A DNA stretch of 64,000 bases. Source: an uncultured Candidatus Saccharibacteria bacterium. GTDB lineage: Bacteria; Patescibacteriota; UBA1384; CAILIB01. Made by a program: the position numbers and the translations under genes. How positions within the stretch are numbered: the first letter of the stretch is position 1; every line of letters starts with the position of its first letter. Where the stretch lies: the NCBI GenBank assembly GCA_964593885.1, contig CAZQKK010000001.1:425929-489928 (forward strand). The letters run 5' to 3'. The notes under the pieces are model-generated. The model saw nothing but the letters and a program-made list of their open reading frames with translations. It was not told the origin of the DNA and ran no database searches. This document shows, piece by piece, positions 46,595 to 55,350 of the stretch.

Positions 46595-47681
46595 AGTTTT
46601 GAGCCGCGTGAGCTGCAGCTTCTCGCAGCTGCTCCTTTTGCTTATCGAGGAGCACCGTGATGATAGGCTGAATTGCCCCGTCCATAATGCCTGGGAGGTT
46701 TGACCAGGATTCGTTGATTCTGTGGTCGGTGATCCTATCCTGGGGGAAGTTGTAGGTTCTAATTTTCTCAGACCTATCGCCACTTCCAATCTGGGAGGCT
46801 CTTGCTTCAGCTCTCTCAGAGCGAAGCCTCTCTTGCTCCTGCTCGTAGAGGCGCGATCTCAGTACCGTCATTGCTTTGAGGCGATTCTTGATCTGTGACC
46901 TCTCGTCTTGGCAGGTTACCACGAGCCCCGATGGCTTGTGGGTAATACGTACGGCTGAGTCTGTGGTGTTGACGTGCTGGCCTCCGGCACCACCTGAGCG
47001 GTAGACATCAACCTGGAGGTCACCCTCGTTGATTTGAATGTCGGCTTCCTCGGCCTCTGGGAGGATGGCAACGGTTGCTGCAGAGGTGTGAATTCGTCCC
47101 ATCTTCTCTGTTGCGGGGACTCGCTGTACCCGGTGAACACCACTCTCAAACTGGAGGTGACGGTAGACATCTTCGCCACTCACCTGGGCGGTAACCTCTT
47201 TGATACCCCCAAGCTCACTGCGAGACAGGTTGGCTATCTCAACCTTCCAGCCCTGCACCTCGGCGTAGCGAGAGTACATTCTGAAGAGCTCACCGGCGAA
47301 GAGCTCGGCTTCATCGCCCCCAGTGCCTGCCCTGATTTCTAGGATGACATCCTTGCCTTCATTGGGGTCGCGGGGGAGGATCAGGTCTTCAACCTCAGCT
47401 TCAAGACGTGAGACTTCTGCCTCAAGCTCAGGAACCTCTGCTGCAGCAATCTCGGCTAGCTCAGGGTCATCTGCGGTGAGGAGTTCCTGGTTATCCTTGA
47501 GCTGCTGTGAGACGTCTAGGTAACGTTGGTAGGTGGTGACAACTGTTTCCAGCTGGCGGTGTCGCTTCCCAAGCTTTGCGGCGCGCTCAGGATCATCAAA
47601 GAGAGAGCTCTCCTGCAATTGCAAGGAGAGCTCTTTGTACTCGGCTTCTAGAGGGGCAAGGGAGGCTGCCAGCGAAGCCAT
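46593..47681 (-). CDS. prfA: peptide chain release factor 1
   Basis: GGQ motif ([20 protein letters not shown]), PxT-region; 362 aa. Confidence 0.9.
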   Translation of the reverse strand: MASLAASLAPLEAEYKELSLQLQESSLFDDPERAAKLGKRHRQLETVVTTYQRYLDVSQQLKDNQELLTADDPELAEIAAAEVPELEAEVSRLEAEVEDLILPRDPNEGKDVILEIRAGTGGDEAELFAGELFRMYSRYAEVQGWKVEIANLSRSELGGIKEVTAQVSGEDVYRHLQFESGVHRVQRVPATEKMGRIHTSAATVAILPEAEEADIQINEGDLQVDVYRSGGAGGQHVNTTDSAVRITHKPSGLVVTCQDERSQIKNRLKAMTVLRSRLYEQEQERLRSERAEARASQIGSGDRSEKIRTYNFPQDRITDHRINESWSNLPGIMDGAIQPIITVLLDKQKEQLREAAAHAAQN

Positions 47682-47690
47682 GGGGAGTAA

Positions 47691-47966
47691 TTACTCGTTG
47701 GTGTCAGTATCGGCCTTGGCTGCCTTTGCAGCGGCACGAACAGCAGCTTCAGCCTTAGCGGCTTCTGCCTGCTTTTGGCGAGCAGCAAACTTATCAACAC
47801 GTCCAGCAGTGTCTACAAGTTTTGACTTTCCAGTGTAGAGCGGGTGACAGTTTGAGCAAATTTCTACGCGAAGATCCTGGCCGAGGGTTGAACCAGCTTG
47901 AAAGCTGTTGCCGCAGGCGCATGAGAAGGTAGAAACGGTGTAATCAGGGTGAATTCCAGTCTTCAT
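47691..47966 (-). CDS. rpmE: 50S ribosomal protein L31 (Cys-type zinc ribbon) with Ala/Lys-rich C-terminal extension
   Basis: MKTGIHPDY...CxC...[10 protein letters not shown] signature; about 25-aa extra [18 protein letters not shown] tail. Confidence 0.85.
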   Translation of the reverse strand: MKTGIHPDYTVSTFSCACGNSFQAGSTLGQDLRVEICSNCHPLYTGKSKLVDTAGRVDKFAARQKQAEAAKAEAAVRAAAKAAKADTDTNE

Positions 47967-48059
47967 GATGAGACATTAACGATGTGCAGTGCTCACACTA
48001 CCAGGCTAGCATCAGATTTGCAAGGGGTGAGGCGTCCTGCTATCTTGGCAAAACCTAGC

Positions 48060-48437
48060 ATGCTAGCTGGGAGGTTACTATTGGGTTATTGGAAGGATCC
48101 ACAAGAGAGAAATAGGTTACTCAGGTTCACTCCTGAGTTCAAAATTGCCACAGCACAGCTGGCACACGTCGCACCGGTAGCCAAAGGTTACTTCTGGGGC
48201 AAGAATAGGGGAAAGAAGGGCAGGAAACGCTTTCAGCACGCTGTTGAGCTTCACCAGGTTGAGGTCAGGCGCCTGGCGAAGTACCTCATCAAGCAACACT
48301 TCCGTGAGAAGGAGCGTGAGGCGAAGCGGCAGCAACAGCTCCGCCAGAGAGCAGCGCCACTGCCTGCCCAGTTTAGACCTAGGCCTAAGTCTGAGGTCTA
48401 CGGCTGGGATATGATCGGTTCCATTGGCTGTGACTAG
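48060..48437 (+). CDS. hypothetical highly basic small protein (uncertain; start undetermined within ORF 47949..48437)
   Basis: Arg/Lys-rich ORF followed 10 nt downstream by a strong + strand intrinsic terminator; N-terminal part overlaps the rpmE start on the opposite strand. Confidence 0.3.
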   Translation: MLAGRLLLGYWKDPQERNRLLRFTPEFKIATAQLAHVAPVAKGYFWGKNRGKKGRKRFQHAVELHQVEVRRLAKYLIKQHFREKEREAKRQQQLRQRAAPLPAQFRPRPKSEVYGWDMIGSIGCD

Positions 48438-48449
48438 CGCGTATTTCTA

Positions 48450-48476
48450 CCACCCACACGAGCGGGTGGTTTTTTT
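48450..48476 (+). terminator. intrinsic terminator CCACCC-ACACGAGC-GGGTGG plus T7
   Basis: GC-rich 6-bp stem followed by TTTTTTT on the + strand. Confidence 0.7.
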
Positions 48477-48685
48477 ATGCTTCCAACCTGGTTGTCAGGG
48501 GTGAGAAGTTCTGGTACAGTAGCTCTGTTCGCCCAATCGCCACGCAACAAACGTGCAGAGGGTAACGCTCAACAACTTACTAACGGTTACGCTGATGGCT
48601 CTCTCCTGGCCCTGCTCATGCAGTGCTTCCCAGAGCTAGATGACGCGCTAACCAATCTGCCCACCCTTGGGCAAAGGAGAACTAG

Positions 48686-49582
48686 ATGGCTCTACCAACT
48701 ATCCCGGATGTCCGGGAACTCATGGATGCTGGTGTTCACTTTGGACACGCATCAGGTAAATGGCACCCAAAGATGGCGCCTTACATTTTCTGTACCCGCG
48801 ACAAGCTGCACATCATTGACCTCGAGAAGACCCGTGAGCAGCTAGAGAAGGTACTTCCAGTTATTGAGGAGCGAATTGCCTCAGGCAAGAGCTTCATCCT
48901 GGTTGGCACCAAGCGTCAGGTTGCCGACATGGTGAAGGAAATGGGAACTGAGCTCGACATTAACTTCGTTAATGAGCGATGGCTTGGTGGTACCATGACC
49001 AACTTTGGTCAGATGATGCAGAGTATCAGCCGCATGAAGAAGACCGAGGAAACCCTCGCTTCAGACGATGCTGCCAAGATGATTAAGAAAGAGCGCGTAA
49101 TGCTTGCTTCAGACCTCAAGCGCATGCACGCAAAGTTCTCAGGTCTCCGTAACTTCACCAAGAAGCCAGACTTCCTGATCATCATCGACCCTTCCTACGA
49201 GCACAACGCCATCAAGGAAGCTCGTTTTGAGGGAATTGAGATGTTTGCCCTCGTTGATACCAACTCAGACCCAAGTCAGGTAGATTTCGTCATCCCAGCT
49301 AACGATGACGGTCCAAAGTCACTCAAGCTCATGCTTGGCCTCCTCAAGGAGACCATCACTTCTGGAAAAGCAAAGCTTGCTGCAAACAAGCAGGCTGCTG
49401 AAGCTGCTGTGCCAAAAGAGTCTGCTAAGGAAGAGATTGCGGTTGCAACTCCTTCTGAAGAAGAGCTCGTAGCAATTGAGGAAAAGATTGAAGAAGTTGT
49501 AGATAAAGAGAAGAAAGAGGTAAAGAGCGCAAAATCTCCAAAAGAAGCTAAAGCAGAGGTAACAACCGAAAAGGAGGACTAA
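48686..49582 (+). CDS. rpsB: 30S ribosomal protein S2 with Lys/Glu-rich C-terminal extension
   Basis: LMDAGVHFGHASGKWHPKM N-terminus; SD AAAGGAGAA; about 60-aa charged tail. Confidence 0.9.
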   Translation: MALPTIPDVRELMDAGVHFGHASGKWHPKMAPYIFCTRDKLHIIDLEKTREQLEKVLPVIEERIASGKSFILVGTKRQVADMVKEMGTELDINFVNERWLGGTMTNFGQMMQSISRMKKTEETLASDDAAKMIKKERVMLASDLKRMHAKFSGLRNFTKKPDFLIIIDPSYEHNAIKEARFEGIEMFALVDTNSDPSQVDFVIPANDDGPKSLKLMLGLLKETITSGKAKLAANKQAAEAAVPKESAKEEIAVATPSEEELVAIEEKIEEVVDKEKKEVKSAKSPKEAKAEVTTEKED

Positions 49583-50037
49583 TGGCAGGCTACACCACAG
49601 CAGACATCGCAGAGCTCCGCGAGCAGACCGGAATGGGTCTCATGGACATCAAGAAGGCTCTCGATGAATCCAAGGGAAATAAGGCTAAGGCTCTTGAGAT
49701 TCTCAAGGAACGCGGCGCCCAGATTATGGCCAAGAAGGCTGATAGGACTGCTGCTGAGGGGATTATCGATGCCTACGTCCACGCCGGTAAGATTGGTGTA
49801 CTGGTAGAGGTTAACTGCGAGACAGACTTTGTAGCACGTGGCGATGATTTCAAAACCTTCGTCCACGACCTCTCCCTCCAGGTTGCAAGCATGGCTCCAA
49901 CAACAGTTGAAGAGCTCTTAGAGCAAGACTTCTTCAAGGATGGCAGGAAGATTAGCCAGTACCTCTCAGACGTTACTGGTAAGCTAGGCGAGAAAATTGT
50001 GATCAAGCGATTCACCAGAATTACCCTGGGCGAATAG
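49582..50037 (+). CDS. tsf: elongation factor Ts, short form (151 aa)
   Basis: UBA-like N-terminus ADIAELREQTGMGLMDIKKALDESKGNKAKALEILKERG; VEVNCETDFVAR core motif; ATGG overlap with rpsB. Confidence 0.8.
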   Translation: MAGYTTADIAELREQTGMGLMDIKKALDESKGNKAKALEILKERGAQIMAKKADRTAAEGIIDAYVHAGKIGVLVEVNCETDFVARGDDFKTFVHDLSLQVASMAPTTVEELLEQDFFKDGRKISQYLSDVTGKLGEKIVIKRFTRITLGE

Positions 50038-50053
50038 GACATTCTCACCTAAA

Positions 50054-50076
50054 GCGTAACAAACCTCCCCAAAAGG
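50054..50076 (+). terminator. intrinsic terminator CCTCCCC-AAAA-GGGAGG plus T6 after tsf
   Basis: hairpin plus T-run 17 nt after the tsf stop. Confidence 0.75.
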
Positions 50077-50127
50077 GAGGTTTTTTGCTAGAGTAGCGCT
50101 ACTTGCAGCAACCTGCAGGAGGCAACG

Positions 50128-50367
50128 ATGCATTTTGGTTGTACATTCTACAATTGTCCCGGGTGTGAGCGCAGGAAGACGCGAGAGCGGGTGAGGAAGC
50201 CTGTTGTGCCAAAGCCGCTCTCAGAAGCAGAGCAGGCCCACAACTCAGACCTCGCCCGGCGAATTACGGATCCGTTCTACGTCGGGAACTCCCACCGACA
50301 CAAGGTTAGGGGAGCTACTACCCCCGATCCCGGCTCCAGTCTCCTCAGAGGCTTCGAAGGTCTCTAG
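50128..50367 (+). CDS. hypothetical small basic protein with N-terminal Cys cluster (CTFYNCPGC)
   Basis: 79 aa; canonical SD AGGAGG 6 nt upstream of the ATG; own intrinsic terminator at 50379-50404. Confidence 0.5.
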   Translation: MHFGCTFYNCPGCERRKTRERVRKPVVPKPLSEAEQAHNSDLARRITDPFYVGNSHRHKVRGATTPDPGSSLLRGFEGL

Positions 50368-50378
50368 GAACCATCACT

Positions 50379-50404
50379 ACACCGCGTATCCGCGGTGTTT
50401 TTTT
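50379..50404 (+). terminator. intrinsic terminator ACACCGCG-TATC-CGCGGTGT plus T7
   Basis: 8-bp stem followed by TTTTTTT, 12 nt after the stop of the small Cys protein gene. Confidence 0.75.
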
Positions 50405-50465
50405 GTGGGAGCTTTCGCCACAAAAACCTGCTATGCTAATCCTGACAAGTAACGTTTTTCACCCT

Positions 50466-51026
50466 ATGGATGTCAAAAGCATGGTCGCGGCTGCAAAGCC
50501 AAAAATGGAAGCTGCAGTAGCTCACTTCACAGAAGAGCTCAAGTCAGTGAGAACAGGTAGGGCAACCACCCAGATGCTCGATGGTGTGATGGTTTCGTAC
50601 TACGGCAGTATGGCGCCCCTGCGCCAGATGGCAACCATCAGTGTGCCAGAGCCAACACAACTCCTCATTCAGCCGTTTGATGCCAACGCGCTCTCAGACA
50701 TTCGTCAGGGAGTAGAGCAGGCACAGCTTGGCTTCTCACTGAGCGATGATGGTCGCGTGCTCCGCGTGGTTATCCCACCGCTCACCTCAGAGCGTCGTGA
50801 CGAGATGGTTAAGAAGGTTGGGAAGCTCGCCGAAGAGGCACGCATTTCAGTACGTACTGCTCGCGGTGAAGGTTGGGAGAAGATTCAGGAGAGCCAGAAG
50901 AAGGGTGAAATCACCGAAGACAACCGAGATTGGGGCCGCGAAGAGCTCGACAAGGTTGTGGGTGAATTCAACAAGCGCATTGAAGAGCTGGCAAAAGAGA
51001 AGGAAGTTGAACTTCGTACCGTCTAA
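50466..51026 (+). CDS. frr: ribosome recycling factor
   Basis: aligns with E. coli Frr from MDVKSMV (KSVRTGRATTQMLDGVMV...); the longer ORF from 50403 begins with a non-homologous leader. Confidence 0.85.
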   Translation: MDVKSMVAAAKPKMEAAVAHFTEELKSVRTGRATTQMLDGVMVSYYGSMAPLRQMATISVPEPTQLLIQPFDANALSDIRQGVEQAQLGFSLSDDGRVLRVVIPPLTSERRDEMVKKVGKLAEEARISVRTARGEGWEKIQESQKKGEITEDNRDWGREELDKVVGEFNKRIEELAKEKEVELRTV

Positions 51027-51036
51027 GTAAGGCGCA

Positions 51037-51231
51037 ATGTCTATCCTAGAATCTAGCATCGCTCCCTACCTCACCATTCTCGTGACGTTTGCGGTCCTGG
51101 CGGGGTTCTTCAGGAAGACACTCATTAAGGTGATTATTATTCTCATTGCCGAAGTTGCTCTTCTGGCACTGTTCCCCGCACTCCTGCTCAAGTTTGTAGA
51201 GCTGGTTCAGGCTGTTCGCGGTATGTTCTAA
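51037..51231 (+). CDS. hypothetical 64-aa two-TM membrane peptide
   Basis: two hydrophobic helices; between frr and rseP; weak SD AAGG. Confidence 0.4.
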   Translation: MSILESSIAPYLTILVTFAVLAGFFRKTLIKVIIILIAEVALLALFPALLLKFVELVQAVRGMF

Positions 51232-51241
51232 CCAAATTCTC

Positions 51242-52354
51242 GTGCTTGCATTCCTCATTTCTCTCGCCGTTTTTGTACTCCTCCTCAGTTTCCTGGTCTT
51301 TATCCACGAACTGGGTCACTTTGCGGTAGCTAAGTGGACGGGGATGCGGGTAGATGAGTTTGCCATCGGTTTTCCTCCACGTATCTGGCAGAAGAAACGG
51401 GGCGAAACCACCTACGCCATTGGTTCAATTCCCTTTGGCGGCTACGTCAAGATTCACGGCGAAAACCACGACCAAGAAGAGGAGAGTGATGAGGATCCTC
51501 GCTCGTTTGACCACAAGCCAGTACGCGCCCGTATTGCGGTAATCTTAGCGGGAATTGCGATGAACACCCTCTTCGCCTTCGTTGCCCTCACCATCGCCTT
51601 TAGCGTAGGGTTTAGCTCAATCAGCCAAGATCTGGCTTCACGGAGCGATGCCACCGTTATCAGGCAAGAAGTGCTGGTTTCATCAGTTGGCGTAGGAAGT
51701 CCTGCTGACAAAGCGGGGATTAAGCCTGGTGATGTGGTACTTGGTCTCACCCCGGCAGGCGAGAGCGAGGTGCAGGTTGGAAACATTAATGAACTGGTGA
51801 GCTTTACCAAAGGATTGCAGGCAAAGGGCAACCTCTCCCTGAGAGTTGACTACGATAGGGCAGGAACCGCGACAACCGTAGACGTTTCACTAAACCCTAC
51901 TGGTCCCGCAATGGGTGTAAGCATTCAATCACTCGATACGGTTAAGGTACCTTTCTGGAAAGCTCCAGGCGTGGCGGTCCACGAAATGGGTGCCATCCTC
52001 GGTCTCACCTGGGACGCACTCGCCGGATTTGGCAAGAAGCTGGTGAAGGCAGAGCTCGATGAGAACGTTTCAGGTCCCATCGGCATCTACCAAGCCACTG
52101 CTACCGCTACAAAAATGGGGTTTGCCCAGGTTGCGTTCCTCGCCATTGTCCTTTCACTCAACCTTGCACTCCTGAATCTCCTACCCATTCCAGCCCTCGA
52201 TGGCGGGAAGTTCGTCTTCCTCATGGTTGAAGGGGTATTCAGGAAGAAAGTTATCCACAGAAAACTAGAACAGGGGATGACCGCCGTGAGCTTTTTCCTC
52301 CTCATAGGACTCATGGTTATCCTTACCGGGAGAGATATCTTCAAGCTCTTCTAG
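51242..52354 (+). CDS. rseP: RIP site-2 zinc metalloprotease RseP/YaeL family with PDZ domain
   Basis: HEXXH in the first TM (IHELGHFAVA), PDZ (GIKPGDVVLGL), C-terminal LDGG motif (IPALDGGKF). Confidence 0.85.
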   Translation: MLAFLISLAVFVLLLSFLVFIHELGHFAVAKWTGMRVDEFAIGFPPRIWQKKRGETTYAIGSIPFGGYVKIHGENHDQEEESDEDPRSFDHKPVRARIAVILAGIAMNTLFAFVALTIAFSVGFSSISQDLASRSDATVIRQEVLVSSVGVGSPADKAGIKPGDVVLGLTPAGESEVQVGNINELVSFTKGLQAKGNLSLRVDYDRAGTATTVDVSLNPTGPAMGVSIQSLDTVKVPFWKAPGVAVHEMGAILGLTWDALAGFGKKLVKAELDENVSGPIGIYQATATATKMGFAQVAFLAIVLSLNLALLNLLPIPALDGGKFVFLMVEGVFRKKVIHRKLEQGMTAVSFFLLIGLMVILTGRDIFKLF

Positions 52355-52382
52355 GGTCTCCTGTTCGCACTAAGATTATTTC

Positions 52383-53645
52383 ATGAAACAGTCAGCTCTC
52401 TTTTATACAACGAAACGTGAGGCGCCAGCTGGTGAGGTTAGCGTAAACGCCATCCTCCTTGAGCGCGGCGGCTACATTACCAAAACCATGGCAGGAGCCT
52501 ACAGCTTCCTCCCATTGGGTCTAAAGGTACTTCGAAAGATTTGTGACGTTATTCGCCAAGAGATGGATGCGCTTCCACGCACCTCTGAGGTACAGATGAC
52601 GGTACTCCAGCCTAAGGAAGTTTGGGAGGAAACCGGCAGGTGGGACGATGCGGGGATGAAGGAGGTAATGTACCGGGTAGGGGAAGATGCCAACGTAGGG
52701 CTTGGTGCCACCCACGAGGAGAACATTGCCGACATTTTCAGGCACATGTTTGCTTCGCACAAAGATCTCCCAATCAACGCCTACCAAATTCAGACAAAGT
52801 TTAGGAAAGAAGCACGGGCAAAATCCGGGCTCCTCAGGGGTAGGGAATTTTTAATGAAAGATCTCTACAGCTTCCACGTTTCTGAAGAAGACCACAACCA
52901 GTACTACGAAGAGGTTGCGGCTGCCTACACCAAGATCTTCACGAGGCTAGGCATGAACGCCATTAGAACAGAGGCTTCAGGAGGCGTTTTCTCCAAACAG
53001 CACAGCCATGAGTACCAGGTTATCTGTGAGGTAGGGGAGGATGACATCTACCTCAACCCTGCGGGAGACTACGCCTGGAACAAAGAGGTGGTAACCGGTG
53101 AGGATGACCCAAAGCTCTTAGAGTTCTGCCGGGGCGAAATCCGTAAAGCATCGGCGGTCGAGGTTGGAAACATTTTCCACCTGGGAACCAAGTTCTCAAC
53201 TCCTATGAATGCTTCAGTTACCCTGGAAAATGGCGAGAGACAGCCTGTGTACATGGGCTCGTACGGCATTGGGCCAAGTAGGGTGATGGGAGTACTGGTA
53301 GAGCTCTTTGGAAAGCTTGGTGAAAACGGCAGGGGAGCTCAGATTGTTTGGCCTAAGGGTCTGTCCCCTGTGTCTGTGCACATTTTGGACCTAGTAGCAG
53401 ATGGCGTTGCGATGGATCTCTACGAAAATCTTACAAAAGCTGGTGTTGAGGTGCTCATTGATGACCGTGAGGGTAAGACTGCCGGTGAAAAGTTTGCTGA
53501 TGCAGACTTGGTAGGCGCGCCTCACAGAATTGTGGTGAGCAAACGCTCTCTTGAAGCAGGAGGAGTAGAGTACCGCCAGTGGCCAGCTGAGGAAACCAGC
53601 ATCTTGGCCGTTGGTGATGTACAAGGCAAGGTGAGCGAGAAATAA
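52383..53645 (+). CDS. proS: prolyl-tRNA synthetase (short class II form lacking the editing insertion)
   Basis: class II motifs; N-terminus MKQSALFYTTKREAPAGEVSVNAILLERGGYI typical of ProS; 420 aa. Confidence 0.85.
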   Translation: MKQSALFYTTKREAPAGEVSVNAILLERGGYITKTMAGAYSFLPLGLKVLRKICDVIRQEMDALPRTSEVQMTVLQPKEVWEETGRWDDAGMKEVMYRVGEDANVGLGATHEENIADIFRHMFASHKDLPINAYQIQTKFRKEARAKSGLLRGREFLMKDLYSFHVSEEDHNQYYEEVAAAYTKIFTRLGMNAIRTEASGGVFSKQHSHEYQVICEVGEDDIYLNPAGDYAWNKEVVTGEDDPKLLEFCRGEIRKASAVEVGNIFHLGTKFSTPMNASVTLENGERQPVYMGSYGIGPSRVMGVLVELFGKLGENGRGAQIVWPKGLSPVSVHILDLVADGVAMDLYENLTKAGVEVLIDDREGKTAGEKFADADLVGAPHRIVVSKRSLEAGGVEYRQWPAEETSILAVGDVQGKVSEK

Positions 53646-53666
53646 AAAACCACCCAGTGTGGGTGG
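53644..53666 (-). terminator. hairpin CCACCC-AGTGT-GGGTGG with A6 (+) / T6 (-); oriented as terminator of the minus-strand uvrC transcription unit
   Basis: adjacent to the proS stop but the T-run is on the minus strand. Confidence 0.55.
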
Positions 53667-53692
53667 TTGGAATGGTTGTGGCGTAGCGGGTG

Positions 53693-53812
53693 CTAGCCGA
53701 GAAACTCACCGTGGTAGTGCTCTTTCACTGGCTGACTAGGCTCGGTGGGTTGTTCCACCTGCTGCTCTTCAGGAGTGATGTCGGTGCTATGGTCTTTTTC
53801 TTTGATGTCCAT
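53693..53812 (-). CDS. hypothetical 39-aa acidic peptide (MDIKEKDHSTDITPEEQQVEQPTEPSQPVKEHYHGEFLG) downstream of uvrC (uncertain)
   Basis: ATG preceded by GGGGGAGAA with 6-nt spacing; lies between the uvrC stop and the terminator; too short for the ORF track. Confidence 0.3.
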   Translation of the reverse strand: MDIKEKDHSTDITPEEQQVEQPTEPSQPVKEHYHGEFLG

Positions 53813-53885
53813 GAAATTCTCCCCCAGGCACGTAGCCTAGGTACTTTACGGTTTATACCACAAAATCCCCCACAAGTAAACGTAC

Positions 53886-55307
53886 CTACCTCCCCAGTAC
53901 CGCTTTTCGGTGGAGGTTTCGGTAGTAGGAAATGGCAAACCTATGGGCTTCTTCGCGCATCAGCTCGGAGACTTGGTGCCATCGCTCCTTACTCACCTGA
54001 GAGTACACATCCCAACCTCCCCCGTAGAGGTCGGTGCGCTTGCGGGTAGGTCCTTTGGCAACGCTGGCTACCTGGAGCTTGTCTTCTAGCTTGAGTTCGC
54101 GCTGTACAGCTGTCACCGCGTTGAGCTGCCCTTTTCCACCGTCAATGATCACCATATCCGGTAGGCTCCACTGGGAGGCGCGCTTGAACCTTCGCCGCAA
54201 CACCTCCTGGAGCATCTCGGTGTCAGAGATACCAACCACGGTTTGGATTTTGAACTTCCGGTAGCGGGCTTTTTCCCAAACAAAGGCTTTCTTCACATCC
54301 TCGGCGGTGGTGATGGGCGAAACTTTGGCACCCTTCACAATGGCGGTGACCATGGAACCTACGGCATGCGAGCCCTGGTTGTTGGAGATGTCGTAGCACT
54401 CCAGCCTAATGTCTTCGTCGGGGTTGTAGGTGGGTCCCCCGACATCAACTTGTCGGCGCGATGTCTTGAAAGTATCTACCACGTACTGGAACCGCTTTAG
54501 CCCAAACAAACGGTTACGTAAGATTGCCGCAAGCTCAAACTGCTCGTTTTCAGAGGCAAATTGCATTTGGTCTTCAACTTCTTGCACTAGGGTTGCGTGT
54601 TCGCCCCGGAGAAACTTCCTGAGCTGCTGAATGTTGGTGAGGTACTCCTCGGGTGTGACCTTCCTGATGCAGGGAGCGTTGCAAACGTGGAGGTTGGCGA
54701 AGATGCAACCGTGTCCCAATACTGCAAACTGGTTGAACTTCTGGGTGGAGCAGTCCCTGAAAGGCCAAATCCCCCTGACCGTTTTGAGTACTGCTCTCAC
54801 GGAGTACGCTGAAGGGAACGGGCCGTAGAACTCAACCTTGTCCACTTTCTGTCTGATGGCGTTTGAGGTTGCCTGGGGGCGGCGTTTTTTCTCAAGTAAC
54901 GCTTCCAGGTCTTTCTCGCGTGCAATCCCAACTACCGGGTACTCGTGGTTGTAGTCAATCTTGATGAGGAGGTAGGATTTATCGTCCCTCAGGGCAATGT
55001 TGTAGCGAGGTTTATGTCTACGAATCAGGCGGGCTTCCAGGAGGAGGGCTTCTGGCTCGGAGCCTGCCAGGATGTGTTCAAGGATCACCGCCATCCCCAT
55101 CATCTGCTCAATCCCAGGGTTGCGGGTAATGGCAATATCCTTGGCGAAGTAGCTCCTCACCCGCTCGCGCAGGATGTTAGCCTTGCCCACGTAGAGCACC
55201 TCCCCCTCAGTATTCTTGAAGAGGTAGACACCTGGGTGAACGGGGAGGCCGGCTGCCTGCTGGCGAAGCGAGGCAAGTCTCTCGAGTGGATCGGGTATTT
55301 TCACCAC
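53886..55307 (-). CDS. uvrC: excinuclease ABC subunit C, short form lacking the C-terminal (HhH)2 domain
   Basis: GIY-YIG (GVYLFKNTEGEVLYVGKANILRERV), UvrBC-interaction region, RNase-H-like domain ending in the REEAHRFAISYYRNLHRKA motif; stops where E. coli UvrC continues into HhH. Confidence 0.8.
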   Translation of the reverse strand: MVKIPDPLERLASLRQQAAGLPVHPGVYLFKNTEGEVLYVGKANILRERVRSYFAKDIAITRNPGIEQMMGMAVILEHILAGSEPEALLLEARLIRRHKPRYNIALRDDKSYLLIKIDYNHEYPVVGIAREKDLEALLEKKRRPQATSNAIRQKVDKVEFYGPFPSAYSVRAVLKTVRGIWPFRDCSTQKFNQFAVLGHGCIFANLHVCNAPCIRKVTPEEYLTNIQQLRKFLRGEHATLVQEVEDQMQFASENEQFELAAILRNRLFGLKRFQYVVDTFKTSRRQVDVGGPTYNPDEDIRLECYDISNNQGSHAVGSMVTAIVKGAKVSPITTAEDVKKAFVWEKARYRKFKIQTVVGISDTEMLQEVLRRRFKRASQWSLPDMVIIDGGKGQLNAVTAVQRELKLEDKLQVASVAKGPTRKRTDLYGGGWDVYSQVSKERWHQVSELMREEAHRFAISYYRNLHRKAVLGR

Positions 55308-55350
55308 CTGATACTAGCAGAAACCTGTCAAAATCTCGTACAATGTAACC

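Noticed and set aside
48477-48845. 122-aa + ORF spanning the rpsB upstream region and rpsB start
   Set aside because: Out of frame with and overlapping the well-supported rpsB gene; the region is more plausibly the rpsB 5' leader.
50403-50465. Longer frr start at 50403 (MWELSPQKPAMLILTSNVFHP...)
   Set aside because: The extra 21 residues have no counterpart in Frr; homology begins at MDVKSMV (ATG 50466), and the extension would begin inside the upstream terminator hairpin.
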